Of a stretch of 64,000 bases of DNA, positions 50,538 through 63,874 are shown piece by piece. Source of the stretch: Octopus bimaculoides. Lineage: Eukaryota. Position 1 is the first letter of the stretch; every line of letters begins with the position of its first letter. Below the pieces are notes generated by a model. That model saw only the letters and a list, made by a program, of their open reading frames with translations, made no database searches and was not told where the DNA came from. Position numbers and translations under genes: made by a program. The DNA lies in NCBI RefSeq assembly GCF_001194135.2, contig NC_068994.1, positions 57,415,194-57,479,193 on the forward strand, in the 5' to 3' direction.

Positions 50538-51080
50538 ATATTCGTCTGGCACGACATAACTATTTCTACTTTGTGTTTTTTATTACTGTTCTATGCATTA
50601 AGTATATTAATACTAACTCATATTGAATATAATTCTTAATTACTGTGTGTAAAAGTTTATGATAGTTAATTACTCAGTCATATGATGCGACTCACATACT
50701 CAAGCACTTAATGAATTAATTGATAAGTAATAAAATCGTAGATCAATGGATCCATGGACTGGATTTAAATGACTTAATGTATACAATTTATAGTTCTCTG
50801 TGTTGAGACAGAAATATAATTGGTGGTATTGGAGTAGACCAATCATTACTCCGCTGTGATTTTCGTTCCTGAATATTAATTAACTTTTAGCATTAAATAG
50901 GGTGTGCAGAGCATTAATTCTACCACCTTCCCGGTGTTTAATGCACATATTCCTAATTGAAATAAATCACTAATCAAATCAATGAGAGACAGTCTACGTG
51001 GTTGCTCGACCAGCTAGAAATCGCAAGGTAAAACTTCCATCAGGCGATAGCCATTTGGGATTTGCAAGTATATGGGAAAC

Positions 51081-51140
<60 letters not shown>

Positions 51141-51320
51141 CATAGGCAAGTGCGAATGGTTAAGAAGTTTACTTGGCTACAATGCAGTCTGGGTTTCGAT
51201 ACTACTGAGCAGGACATTGAGCAAGCATCCTCTCCCATAACATCGCGAATAGTCCTAAGCCTCGTTTGGCTAGATAACAACTGTTTGGAATTGGCTAGAG
51301 AGAAACTGTATGGAAGCCCG
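51141..51320 (+). mobile_element. SINE family B, highly diverged 5' half
   Basis: GGTTAAGAAGTTTACTT...GGGTTTCGATACTACTG...GAAACTGTATGGAAGCCCGTC. Confidence 0.55.
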
Positions 51321-52966
51321 TCATTTAGACTGTACAAGTTGTTCACACGCCCAGCTTTGTCATATAAGATATCAGGTTGATTTTTCTTTGAGGATCAAGT
51401 TAAGGTGACAAGAATTTTGGTATACCCAACCATTTGCACTGTCAGACTATATGGACTGTGATTGTTATTCAAAGGCGCAGCTGTTGAAAACAAGGCGTGA
51501 TGCTGAGAATGATGCCTGCATGACGATCAAGTTAAGCAATATTCAGTTATACAGCCGATGATACAAAATGGATTTCACCTGTACTTCAAAAACCCAGGTT
51601 TTGCACATATTTAGACTTGTCTGTTCTATAAAGGCATCGCCATATTCTACAGAAAACGACTGCTTTTAGAATAATCAGTGGCTTAATTTAAGATGACGTG
51701 CGCCGCTGAATCAAAGTACCCGACCTTGTCATACACTTCTTGACACTGATTCTACGCAAGAACTATATTAAATTTTCAAACAAGGTCTCCACTTACTCTC
51801 TGGAGTTGTTCTGTTTACTTTTTAAATTCCGAAGGTCATTCTGCTATTTTCATTATCTCATGATGTTTTAATGTTCATAAATTCGGGTGATTCGCCCAAC
51901 ATCGCAACAGTCATAAACATTTTCGATGCTACTTTTTCGTGCGGTCTACAAACAATATCTGTAATTAATACAAACAATATCTGTGAAATGACCAGATCTG
52001 GGTTAGAGTTAGAGTTAGGGGTTTAGAAACACTTTGAAATTACAGACTGAAAATTCAGAAAGCCAAGATGTGTTAGTGCCTCCCCATGTCTACGTAGAAA
52101 TGCACTTCATGAACTTCTGCAGTGATTCACAGTTTATAGTATACTGAGAGAGATAAACATAATTCCATTATTTTCCTGTTATTTTGACACTTTTTTAAAT
52201 CCTCATCCTCTAATTATCAACGTTCACCGGGTACTCTAAGATATATATATATATATATATATATATANNNNNNNNNNNNNNNNNNNNNNNNNNNNNNNNN
52301 NNNNNNNNNNNNNNNNNNNNNNNNNNNNNNNNNNNNNNNNNNNNNNNNNNNNNNNNNNNNNNNNNNNNNNNNNNNNNNNNNNNNNNNNNNNNNNNNNNNN
52401 NNNNNNNNNNNNNNNNNNNNNNNNNNNNNNNNNNNNNNNNNNNNNNNNNNNNNNNNNNNNNNNNNNNNNNNNNNNNNNNNNNNNNNNNNNNNNNNNNNNN
52501 NNNNNNNNNNNNNNNNNNNNNNNNNNNNNNNNNNNNNNNNNNNNNNNNNNNNNNNNNNNNNNNNNNNNNNNNNNNNNNNNNNNNNNNNNNNNNNNNNNNN
52601 NNNNNNNNNNNNNNNNNNNNNNNNNNNNNNNNNNNNNNNNNNNNNNNNNNNNNNNNNNNNNNNNNNNNNNNNNNNNNNNNNNNNNNNNNNNNNNNNNNNN
52701 NNNNNNNNNNNNNNNNNNNNNNNNNNNNNNNNNNNNNNNNNNNNNNNNNNNNNNNNNNNNNNNNNNNNNNNNNNNNNNNNNNNNNNNNNNNNNNNNNNNN
52801 NNNNNNNNNNNNNNNNNNNNNNNNNNNNNNNNNNNNNNNNNNNNNNNNNNNNNNNNNNNNNNNNNNNNNNNNNNNNNNNNNNNNNNNNNNNNNNNNNNNN
52901 NNNNNNNNNNNNNNNNNNNNNNNNNNNNNNNNNNNNNNNNNNNNNNNNNNNNNNNNNNNNNNNNNN

Positions 52967-53005
<39 letters not shown>

Positions 53006-54348
53006 TATATTATATATATTACATATATATAATAAATATATATGTGATATATATATATATGATACCTCTGTGCGTGTGTGGGGGTGTAGGGGTGTTAGAG
53101 AGGGAGAGGCACGAATAAATCAATCCATATAAGTATTTGTTTTCCTACCCTACTCGGCCCGTGTGCGCGCGTGTATGTGACGCATGAGTGCATGTGTGCA
53201 TGTGTTTGCACGTGTGTGACGCGCACGTCCGTATGTGTATGTCTGAGAGTGTGTATTACAAATGTGTGTGTGTGTGTGTGTGTATTTGTGTAAAGAAAAA
53301 AATTTTTTCTTGAATAAAGATGAGTAGATGATGAAGTCAGTTACTAAACTGATGAAAGAGAATTTTATTTTTAATATTAAAAAATATACAAACAAAACGA
53401 AACGGGAAATAAAAAACAAAAGAAAAAATAGAAAACAGTTCATATTCCGACATTGATAAGTCTTTATTAAAAAAAATGTAACATTTTTTAATGTTTTTAT
53501 NNNNNNNNNNNNNNNNNNNNNNNNNNNNNNNNNNNNNNNNNNNNNNNNNNNNNNNNNNNNNNNNNNNNNNNNNNNNNNNNNNNNNNNNNNNNNNNNNNNN
53601 NNNNNNNNNNNNNNNNNNNNNNNNNNNNNNNNNNNNNNNNNNNNNNNNNNNNNNNNNNNNNNNNNNNNNNNNNNNNNNNNNNNNNNNNNNNNNNNNNNNN
53701 NNNNNNNNNNNNNNNNNNNNNNNNNNNNNNNNNNNNNNNNNNNNNNNNNNNNNNNNNNNNNNNNNNNNNNNNNNNNNNNNNNNNNNNNNNNNNNNNNNNN
53801 NNNNNNNNNNNNNNNNNNNNNNNNNNNNNNNNNNNNNNNNNNNNNNNNNNNNNNNNNNNNNNNNNNNNNNNNNNNNNNNNNNNNNNNNNNNNNNNNNNNN
53901 NNNNNNNNNNNNNNNNNNNNNNNNNNNNNNNNNNNNNNNNNNNNNNNNNNNNNNNNNNNNNNNNNNNNNNNNNNNNNNNNNNNNNNNNNNNNNNNNNNNN
54001 NNNNNNNNNNNNNNNNNNNNNNNNNNNNNNNNNNNNNNNNNNNNNNNNNNNNNNNNNNNNNNNNNNNNNNNNNNNNNNNNNNNNNNNNNNNNNNNNNNNN
54101 NNNNNNNNNNNNNNNNNNNNNNNNNNNNNNNNNNNNNNNNNNNNNNNNNNNNNNNNNNNNNNNNNNNNNNNNNNNNNNNNNNNNNNNNNNNNNNNNNNNN
54201 NNNNNNNNNNNNNNNNNNNNNNNNNNNNNNNNNNNNNNNNNNNNNNNNNNNNNNNNNNNNNNNNNNNNNNNNNNNNNNNNNNNNNNNNNNNNNNNNNNNN
54301 NNNNNNCACTAATAATGATTATGATGATGACGATGATGATAATAATTG

Positions 54349-54379
<31 letters not shown>

Positions 54380-54838
54380 AATAATAATTATAATTATAAT
54401 AATAATAATAATAATAATGATAATAATAATAATAATAAATGCAGGGGACATTAAAATCGAATCAATATGGTGGTTAAGCTTAATCATTATTAGAGTGACG
54501 ACCATATTTTTTCCCCTTTTGAGAGAATATTGTTGGATAGTTTTTATTATAAATACATGTGTGTGTGTGTGCGTGTGTGTGTGTGAGAGAGAGAGAATTT
54601 ATATACATGTATATATATATATATATATATATCCATATATATGATACATAGAGATACACATACACACACAGGCTCACACATATATTTATATACAAATACT
54701 TTCTTGCATAGTTATAGACATATATACATATACACATACATACACACACATAAATATGTATGTATACATACATATATATATATATGAATGTATGTTTGTA
54801 TGTATGTATATATATATATATATGCATATATATGTGCT

Positions 54839-54892
<54 letters not shown>

Positions 54893-55646
54893 CTCATTTT
54901 TATGCAAGTATTCCAGAAGGGTATATAAGTACAAATTTATCTGCAATATATTTATACATTTATGAATACATGTGTATATAGGTAATTTCTAATCACTATA
55001 CTTCAATATACTCCACATAGTAAATATGGAAGGATGTCTAAATGCGTATATATGTATGCGTGTGTATATTTATTTATATATGTGTGTAAATATAAATACG
55101 TATTTTATGAGCAATTTTTAATCACTAAATTTTAATATACTTCACATAGTAAATATGGATGGATATATGATTTAACAAGTTTGCCCAATCGTTTCCTTTT
55201 GTTTGCATGATTGTTGTTTTGTTTTTCAAATGATATTGCTTGCATCTGTATATAGTGCTTTTCATATTTTAATAATTTAATTAATTTTGCTCCGAACATG
55301 AAATAAAGTTTGCAGTCTATCAACAAGAGCCGTTTTGTGAACAAATTGACAAATATCTCTCAGGGAACTTTTTCAGTAGGTTTATCAAGGTGTTCATTCT
55401 AAACCAGACAGAGTAGGTAACGTGTTGAGCTTAAATGATCGGAACTATTACCCTGGTTAGTCATTGCTAGAATCGCTTGCAGAATTGTGTAGTTTTTCAT
55501 ATATCCTAACGAATATCAGTCGCCCTTAGATGAGAGACCATTAACACTTAGGAAACTTTCGAAAGGAAATAAAATTTATCTCCAGCTCCTGTTTATGATA
55601 CTTAGGTAATTTACGAAGTCTAAAATAAAGGAGATATCCACTAACC

Positions 55647-55904
55647 CAGTGATTCTCAACCCTTTTTTTGCCTATGGACTCCTTCGGTTCCTGTTTTATT
55701 CAACTGGACCCGCATATACATTTGATGTTTAAAAAGCTTATTATATTTTTCATAGTTACATATTATTAGGAATTGTATAATGAAACTGTTAAAATATTTT
55801 TGTGCCTTGTAGAATTATAACCAATTTATTGAACACATAATCTTTAACCACAAAATCTTATACAGACTCTTAAGGGCCATATGGAACCCCGTTGAGAGCC
55901 ACTG
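55647..55904. mobile_element. hAT-type MITE, 258 bp, both ends present
   Basis: CAGTGATTCTCAACC ... GTTGAGAGCCACTG termini; no intact 8-bp TSD visible. Confidence 0.75.
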
Positions 55905-56994
55905 TTGTTGCCAAATAATAATCTAGAGCGGTTTAATCAGAGTCCATTCTCCCACAAATCCCAGATCCTTCTAGTACTACATTCTTTATGTGCCATCAAG
56001 GCCAAAGAAATCACAGCTGTGGTGGTATTTCATTGTCACAGTCACACATAATACATTGGGCGTTGCAAAGAAAGACACGGAACCTGTTTCTGGTTCCAAG
56101 AGACTTGGAACCAAAAACCACGCTTTCAAAGAAAAGGAGACGAAATCCTTTGAGATATAGTTTCTGTAACGAGTTGCAGATACTCCCTTGCAACTCTCAA
56201 CGTCGGTGAGCCAGTGAATTGGCTTATTGGGAAAAGTGTAACCGACAACAACGCTATTGTTCAGGAATTGTGATATGAAATATATAAATACATTATCAAA
56301 AATATCTATTGTTTATGTCCTAAATATTTCATTGATGCATTCAGTATTCTGTTTATAGAGATAGAATGACAATAGATTGCGGTCGAGTAGGAGAAATTAC
56401 ATTTGTGATTATATACGATAACTGATATCTCTTCCAGTTATCGTTGTTCTGCTCCATATTTTGAAACACATCATTCATTTAACATTTAATTCTCCCTTCA
56501 TTCCGTTACATGCTCACGCAGAGAGATAAAGTGTGCATATATATGTACATGGGAGTCTATGTATGCACACATCTATGTGTATGTGTGTGTGTGTGTGTGT
56601 GTTTGTGTGTCCGTGTTTGATCTCCAAATATTCACAAATCGCATTACCAAACATATGTGATGCTCTTTACTATTGTGTGTCTTTAATATTCCTCTTTCTC
56701 CATTCCTGTATATTTGCTGAAACATCAAATATTAAGAGAATTTCTGATTAGATATTGAACTAAAATAACAATGGTGTTGTTATTATCAATATTGGTGGAT
56801 AAACATTTGTATGCCTTTATACATACATCAGCTCAATAGGTACATATTCTTGTATCACATATACACACACACACACACACATACCTACGCACGTATGGTT
56901 ATATTTTCCAAATTTCTCTCCAAAAGATCCTCTCTCTAAATCTGACAAAACGCTTCCCTGTTGCAATTCTGACATCAACGATACGGTTACTTTT

Positions 56995-57325
56995 TACCGT
57001 TTTCACGCTTCAGACATTACACTCCGGTCATTCTGGGACACTACCTTGAAGAAATTTTAGTCAAATGAATCGACCCCACTACTTGTTTTTAAAACCTAGT
57101 ACTTATTCTATCGCCCTCTTTTACCGAACCGTTAGGAGGGAGGACGTAAACACACCAACACCGATTATCAAGCGGTGGGGTTAAACAAAGACACAAACAC
57201 ACACACACACATGTATATATGTATATATACTTATACATATACGGTGGGCTTCTTTCAGTTTCCGTCTACCAAATCCACGCACAAGGCTTTGGTCCGCCCG
57301 AAGGTATAGAAGATACTTGCCTAAA
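56995..57325 (-). mobile_element. SINE family B with both halves joined by its internal TA/CA microsatellite
   Basis: The 3' half (GACATTACACTCCGGTCATTCTGGGACAC...) is contiguous through CACACAC/TATATA with ACGGTGGGCTTCTTTCAGTTTCCGTCTACCAAATCCAC... Confidence 0.85.
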
Positions 57326-57384
57326 GAATGTATGTATGTATGTATGTATGTATGTATGTATGTATACAATTGGATTCATCAAGT

Positions 57385-57512
57385 TTATATCACAAGGCTT
57401 CGGTCGGCCCGGGGTCATAGCAGAAGACTCTTGCCCAATGTGCTACACAGCGGGACTGAACCCAAAACCATGTGATTGGGAAGCATGCTTCTTACCAATC
57501 AGCAACGGCTAC
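57385..57512 (-). mobile_element. SINE family B head
   Basis: CACAAGGCTTCGGTCGGCCCG...CTTGCCCAA...GGGACTGAACCCAAAACCATGTGATTGG. Confidence 0.8.
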
Positions 57513-57537
57513 ATATATATATTTTTATGTATGTATG

Positions 57538-57616
<79 letters not shown>

Positions 57617-58195
57617 GCGCATACAAATACGCACATACACACACACACACATCTATATATGTACATATACATTTATACACATACATATGTTCATATATGT
57701 ATGTATCTATGTATGTATGTATGTATATTGATCGTTTGATGGATTGATTCAGTAGAAGCATTTTAGAATGTAACCGGCATAAAATTTCCACAACACAACA
57801 AAAAATATAAATAAAAACGAGGCAACTAAAGGAGGGACAAAGAATTTCCGTAGAGGAAAAAGCAATTATTTAAAATAAAATCCCAGAATTTGCATAGATA
57901 AAAACAAAGAGTGATAGATGTGTGGCGAAGTGAATGCAACTTCTAGGCTTGACGCGTTATCTGTAGACTTCTGAGGCGAATTAAAATGGTCTTAGTTGTC
58001 CATTTCTGAACTGAGATGTTGATACTAGAATAATATTATTGCAGACATTTAGATGTTTTGAAGTACTTTTTTTTTATTTTATTTTATTTCTTATTTTTAC
58101 ATCAACAAGTCACAGTGATAAGGTTACTATGAGAACAAAATACCGCTGAGCGGTTTTGCTGTTTTACATGATTTACACACGTATGTGTTACGCAA

Positions 58196-58250
<55 letters not shown>

Positions 58251-58801
58251 NNNNNNNNNNNNNNNNNNNNNNNNNNNNNNNNNNNNNNNNNNNNNNNNNN
58301 NNNNNNNNNNNNNNNNNNNNNNNNNNNNNNNNNNNNNNNNNNNNNNNNNNNNNNNNNNNNNNNNNNNNNNNNNNNNNNNNNNNNNNNNNNNNNNNNNNNN
58401 NNNNNNNNNNNNNNNNNNNNNNNNNNNNNNNNNNNNNNNNNNNNNNNNNNNNNNNNNNNNNNNNNNNNNNNNNNNNNNNNNNNNNNNNNNNNNNNNNNNN
58501 NNNNNNNNNNNNNNNNNNNNNNNNNNNNNNNNNNNNNNNNNNNNNNNNNNNNNNNNNNNNNNNNNNNNNNNNNNNNNNNNNNNNNNNNNNNNNNNNNNNN
58601 NNNNNNNNNNNNNNNNNNNNNNNNNNNNNNNNNNNNNNNNNNNNNNNNNNNNNNNNNNNNNNNNNNNNNNNNNNNNNNNNNNNNNNNNNNNNNNNNNNNN
58701 NNNNNNNNNNNNNNNNNNNNNNNNNNNNNNNNNNNNNNNNNNNNNNNNNNNNNNNNNNNNNNNNNNNNNNNNNNNNNNNNNNNNNNNNNNNNNNNNNNNN
58801 N

Positions 58802-58832
<31 letters not shown>

Positions 58833-59473
58833 AATATATACATATACACACACACATATACATACCCTTAGTTAGATAGGTAGATATAGTGAGTGAGAGA
58901 TAGAAAGATATATTGCAGGAAAGAATGATATGTATGTATGTATGTATGCATGTATATATGTACATTTATATGTATGTATGCATATATTTGTATACGTATA
59001 CGTATATATTTGTGTGCGTATGTATTAATATGCACATTTAAATGGAGCACATCTAAAAACTTATTTGTGGAGATTTGTCAGCCGTACGTATGTGTATGTA
59101 TGTTTGTTGTGTATGTATGTTTGTTGTGTATGTATGTTTGTTGTGTATGCGTGTTGGCTGTGTATGTGCATGTGTATGTGTATGTGTACATATATTTGTG
59201 TGTGTTAGGGCATGCAAGATACTTATCACTGTCACTGTCTGGTGTATTTATGGCTATCTGTTAGTATTTAAGTTTAAGTTGTATTTCACTATCTTCCAAT
59301 CACGTGAACAAACTCATCCCTCGCATTTTCTCTGCACTCATCCGCAACTTTTATAAATATTTGTCTCTACGATCATAATTATTTCTAGTTTATTCTTTCA
59401 TTCTCTTCTTTTCTCTCTATACTTCGCTTTGCCTCTCTCTCTCACTCACTCTCTGCCTCTGTTTCACTCGCCC

Positions 59474-59589
59474 TCGTGGAGCTTTAGGTGTTTTCGCTCA
59501 ATAAACACTCACAACGCCCGGTCTGGGAATCGAAACCGCGATCCTACGACCGCGAGTCCGCTGCCCTAATCACTGTGCCATTGCGCCTC
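59474..59589 (-). mobile_element. SINE family D head
   Basis: Near-identical reverse complement of 15931-16050. Confidence 0.9.
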
Positions 59590-59803
59590 TATACATACAT
59601 ATATTTACATATGTATGTATGATTCAATGGATGGATTGAAGGAATGGAGGGAGGGAAGGACTAGAGATGGATATACGTAAATTCGTATACACTTATTTTG
59701 TTCATATTGTATTACATTTGCAACACCAGTGAGTTGGTAATCACTAGTGCAGTAGAAGCGAAATTTGTTTAAGCATCCGATAAATAGCCGCTACATACTA
59801 CAG

Positions 59804-59931
59804 GTGACGTGCGAAGACATAGAAACCATGATTTGGAAATTCCAGCGTCCGCTGCTGGACGCTTTTCATCTGCTGTGGTTACACTTCTGTCCCTTTTAGC
59901 ACCATGCGTCTATACGAGATGGTTTCCTTAG
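59804..59931 (+). CDS. Candidate terminal coding exon encoding a GPI-signal-like C-terminus, (G)DVRRHRNHDLEIPASAAGRFSSAVVTLLSLLAPCVYTRWFP*
   Basis: Locally GC-richer unique sequence, CTACAG acceptor in phase 1, small-residue cluster SAAG, spacer, hydrophobic tail and TAG stop; no upstream exons confirmed. Confidence 0.3.
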
Positions 59932-60045
59932 ACAAACACCGCAGTGTTGTGACTTTCTTAGAATATATCTTCGTTAAGACATACAAAATGCTGTTGTGAG
60001 CTAATAGTGCTTCAGTCGAATACTAACGAATATATATGTATGCAC

Positions 60046-60047
<2 letters not shown>

Positions 60048-60128
<81 letters not shown>
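60048..60128. repeat. (TG)n microsatellite
   Basis: Direct inspection. Confidence 0.95.
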
Positions 60129-61527
60129 TGATTCATAGCAATGCATATAAGTCTCTTTTAGAAGATAGCGAATTCTTCGATTTCGAAATGAAATTCAAGA
60201 GCTTTTGTTTCTCGAAAGTCAATAATTAAACGTTTCTCTCTGTTGTTAGATTCAATCAAAGCTACCAAGCTGAAGTAATGACTTCAACAATATAACAAGT
60301 CTAATGACAAATTTAAGGACTGCCTTATTATTGACCTTTATATTCCACGCTTCTTGGCTGCCTTTTCACTTCAAATTGCCCTTTAAGAATATTCTGATTA
60401 TTAATCACATTTCTCCTTCAAATTACTTCAGCCTCGACTTTAGTTTCTAAGTTTACATTGACTACAATTCTTTAGTGAGCAGATATATTTAAATCGCTCA
60501 TTGAAACGTTCTGTGACGCAAAGCTAGTGTGTAACAATGACGGCCAGGATAATAGATTGTCTGGAGACTTCATACATAGAATGAACAATTTCAAAGCGTA
60601 ATCTTTGCTTCGTAATTCTTAATTTAAATGAACATGTGCAGTGTATTTCTTTGTAATTTACAGCAATTGTTGTTCAGGAAAATAATGAGTTTGAAAATTT
60701 TAATTGAACGCGACATTATCAAATTAAAGTATGAATTAGAATTAACACCCTATTAATTGTAAATAAGCATTAATAAGCATTCCTTGACTTATTAGACGAA
60801 TAATAATTACTCTACACCTTGTCGATATCAAACATGAAAGAAATAGATAGCGCATCTAAAACCATATTCCGAAACTATAATTTTTCATACGGGGTGACAG
60901 CGCTAAGCAGTGATGTGTATAAATACAAATTTGGATCCAATTCAAATATGCTTGAGGTATATTTGAACCCGTAAGAAAGTCATTCATCATATTCTATGAT
61001 GGAGAAAATTTCTCGCTGTCGACAAATAGATGTAAATATAGCGAGTCAGATCACAATGTTCTCTAATCAGACTGGCTGATGTATGCATTTTGGAGCAGTT
61101 ATCTCTTCTTCAGCAACAGAGACCGGAAATGAAGATGCTGCGAACTGACATGTGAGATGGGACCCTCTTTTGATATTTCTATCATCCTTCAACGATTGGT
61201 TGCGTTATTCATCGACTCAGCGTAAACAAAATACGGGCTGGCAGAGCTAAATAGTTATGTGTCTAAATACAAACTTGTTACCAATTCCAATATGCTTGTA
61301 GTAGCATTTGCGGACCCACAGGTACAGAAGTAAGTTTATTGGTTTACTTTGAGAAAGTCGTTAGCGTAGGTCACCATTTATTAGAATATGCAAAATTATT
61401 AGTTCCGGGGCCAGCGAGTTGAAGTGCATTGATTGTTGATTGGGTAAGGGGTCAGTGTACTAACTTGAGGAAAGCTCTTTCTGAAAGTATTGCTCGTCAA
61501 TGGCTGCGAAATTTCTCTCTTGCTCCC

Positions 61528-61575
<48 letters not shown>

Positions 61576-62711
61576 TCATACTCTTTGTTTTAATCCATGA
61601 CGATGTCCTAACGCAAGAGTTCTTAAGAGCAGATCTATACTTTCAGGTAGCAGGGTGATCTTTCTTATATATATTCATATCATTCCTTCGGTCTCTTTGT
61701 CTTTGTCGTCGTCGTCGTTATTGTTGTGCTGTTATATCTCCAGGTTATCTCTGTTCATTTCTACACACTGTAAGTTGTTAGTCGAACAACTATCATCAAT
61801 TTTGAAAACGGTAGGATAACATGAGGACATATATTCGACTGCCATTTCCAGCAATTAAATCTACTTCATAGAAAGTCCTTTGTTCGTTGATTGAGTGTGG
61901 TATTGTTAATCAATCTCCTCGAATAGACTGCGACATACAGCTTGGTTCTGTCTAAACAAACGGGGAGTTCTCTGTAGTGGAATCAATAATAGATTTCAAG
62001 AATACATAAACCATAACAACGCAGAAGAGAACGTTGGGATGGCCATAGATCATGCCAATCGTCTCGTCTTGTAGAAACCCTTACCAACAATCTTGAAATA
62101 TCTTAGGATTGATGCCAATTTGAAGATGGATTCGATTCAACCTAGTTTTGTTAGTGAGTTCTGATTTACTCATACTTTCAAAACCAATAACAATGATGAA
62201 GTATTGATTTAAACCATTGTTCATAGTGCAGCAAAACTGACCTTCAACTAAGAAGAGTGACACAGACTGCAAATAACACTCTCTCCTAATCATATACTAC
62301 TTATGGGCTTAAGTTGATTTTTACGATAGGAAAATACCCAAATATCCGCAGATTGCTATATTGCATGTCCATAGATATCCTATCTCAAGCGTCCATTAAG
62401 TAATCATATCTACTATACGAACTGATGGAGAAGTTCAATTGAGAATATATTATGACATTATTCAGGTCCATGAATCAAACGACCCACAAACGTTACGGAA
62501 TTACCAACAACTGAAAATAAAAAAACAGTGATGCAATAGTAGAACTTCATATCATGAATTCCCGGGTTCAATTTGTACAGTGAAACCTTCAGCAAGCATT
62601 CTGACAAGTTCTCTGGCCTAATGAAAACTTTAAATCACGGTTACTTCCTCTATTTCTACCGTCAGACCATCAGGCCTCTACGGAAAGCGTCATTATTCTC
62701 TCTGCGAAAGA

Positions 62712-62925
62712 CGGCGAGCTGGCAGAATCGTTAGCACGCCGGGTGAAATGCTTAGCGGTATTTTATCTGTCACCTCGTTCTGAGTTCAAAATCCGCAGAG
62801 GTCGACTTTGCCTTTCATCGTTTCGGAGTTGATAAATTAAGTACCAGTGAAACACTGGAGTTGATATAATTGACTAGTCCCCTCCCACCAAATTTCAGGC
62901 CTTGTGCCTATAGTAGAAAGGACTA
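62712..62925 (+). mobile_element. SINE family A, full length
   Basis: GGCGAGCTGGCAGAATCGTTAGCACGCC...GAGTTCAAAATCCGCAGAGGTCGACTTTGCC...GGCCTTGTGCCTATAGTAGAAAGGACTATT. Confidence 0.92.
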
Positions 62926-63586
62926 TTCCCTCTGTGATAACAAACACGTGTTCTGTAAGTTATGCAATCCTTCTGTTGTCAATGCAAAATGAATAATAAA
63001 ATGCAAAATATGAAGATTGACCAAACAATGCAGTTTAAAACTTACATGGTTTGTTCAGTTAACGCGAAGGTAAGGTAAACAATAGAAAGGCAATACGTAA
63101 ACAATGGCCTACCGACGTGGCTTAACAACATGCCTCGTGTCTTATCTGAATTGTTTTATTCCTCTACAGAGCTGCATCTAATAAAGCCGTAAATCAGAAT
63201 CCAATCGCAATAATAATTCTCTACTTCTCATATCGATATTTGCTTTTGCTCTAAACAAGCGATCGTCAATGTATATCAGATGTTATAAATATTTGGTTGC
63301 TTTTATCTGGAAATAGGATCGTCGTATTTCATTAGACGAGCTTTTATCTCTTTTTAGCGGTAACTTCACCTGTTTCGTGCATTGTTTTAAATATTTGACA
63401 AACGAATGAATTCATATCTCACAGTTTCTGAGGTTTGTAGCTGTTACTGCAACTAGAAAATTAAAGAGGTACACATAAGACACACACGCATACACACACG
63501 CATACACACATACATACATACACACATAAGACACACACGCATACACACACGCATACATACACACATACATGCATACATACATATTT

Positions 63587-63748
63587 ATATGCTTTATTAA
63601 TAAAGCTGCAAAGGCATCACAATAACTGTTACTCAGAGTTTCAAGTTCCCGTTCGTTGGACACCAAAACTGTCCGACGAACGACAACGTAAAGTTCTGAA
63701 TAACAGTTTTTTTTGCGATGTCTCTACAGCTTCATTAATAAAGCATAT
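63587..63748. mobile_element. 162-bp palindromic element
   Basis: ATATGCTTTATTAATAAAGCTG...AACTGTTACTCAGAG...CGTTCGTTGGACA ccaaaac TGTCCGACGAACG...TTCTGAATAACAGTT...CAGCTTCATTAATAAAGCATAT. Confidence 0.75.
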
Positions 63749-63816
63749 TACTCTACCTCTGGTATTTGAGTACTATTTTTCCCCACCTTGTTTTACATTT
63801 ATGTGATTACACTGGT

Positions 63817-63874
<58 letters not shown>

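Larger units (their letters stand above)
9111..58801. other. Twelve assembly gaps: 9111-9413, 16237-16932, 23643-23809, 25397-25406, 31079-31822, 36652-37087, 37461-37650, 42954-43085, 49802-49977, 52268-52966, 53501-54306, 58251-58801
   Basis: N runs, mostly bordered by microsatellites; their content, possibly including exons, cannot be seen. Confidence 0.98.

Noticed and set aside
56439-56490. Acceptor followed by YRCSA, like an Ig F-strand
   Set aside because: Stop after 16 codons and no donor
60887-61330. Duplicated segments as mutually exclusive alternative exons
   Set aside because: Differences are mostly non-synonymous at codon positions 1-2, there are no matching acceptors, and a B-box-like motif on the minus strand points to repeat origin
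61800-62330. Possible decayed LINE coding fragment
   Set aside because: Only scattered 3-4 residue resemblances on both strands; no coherent motif order
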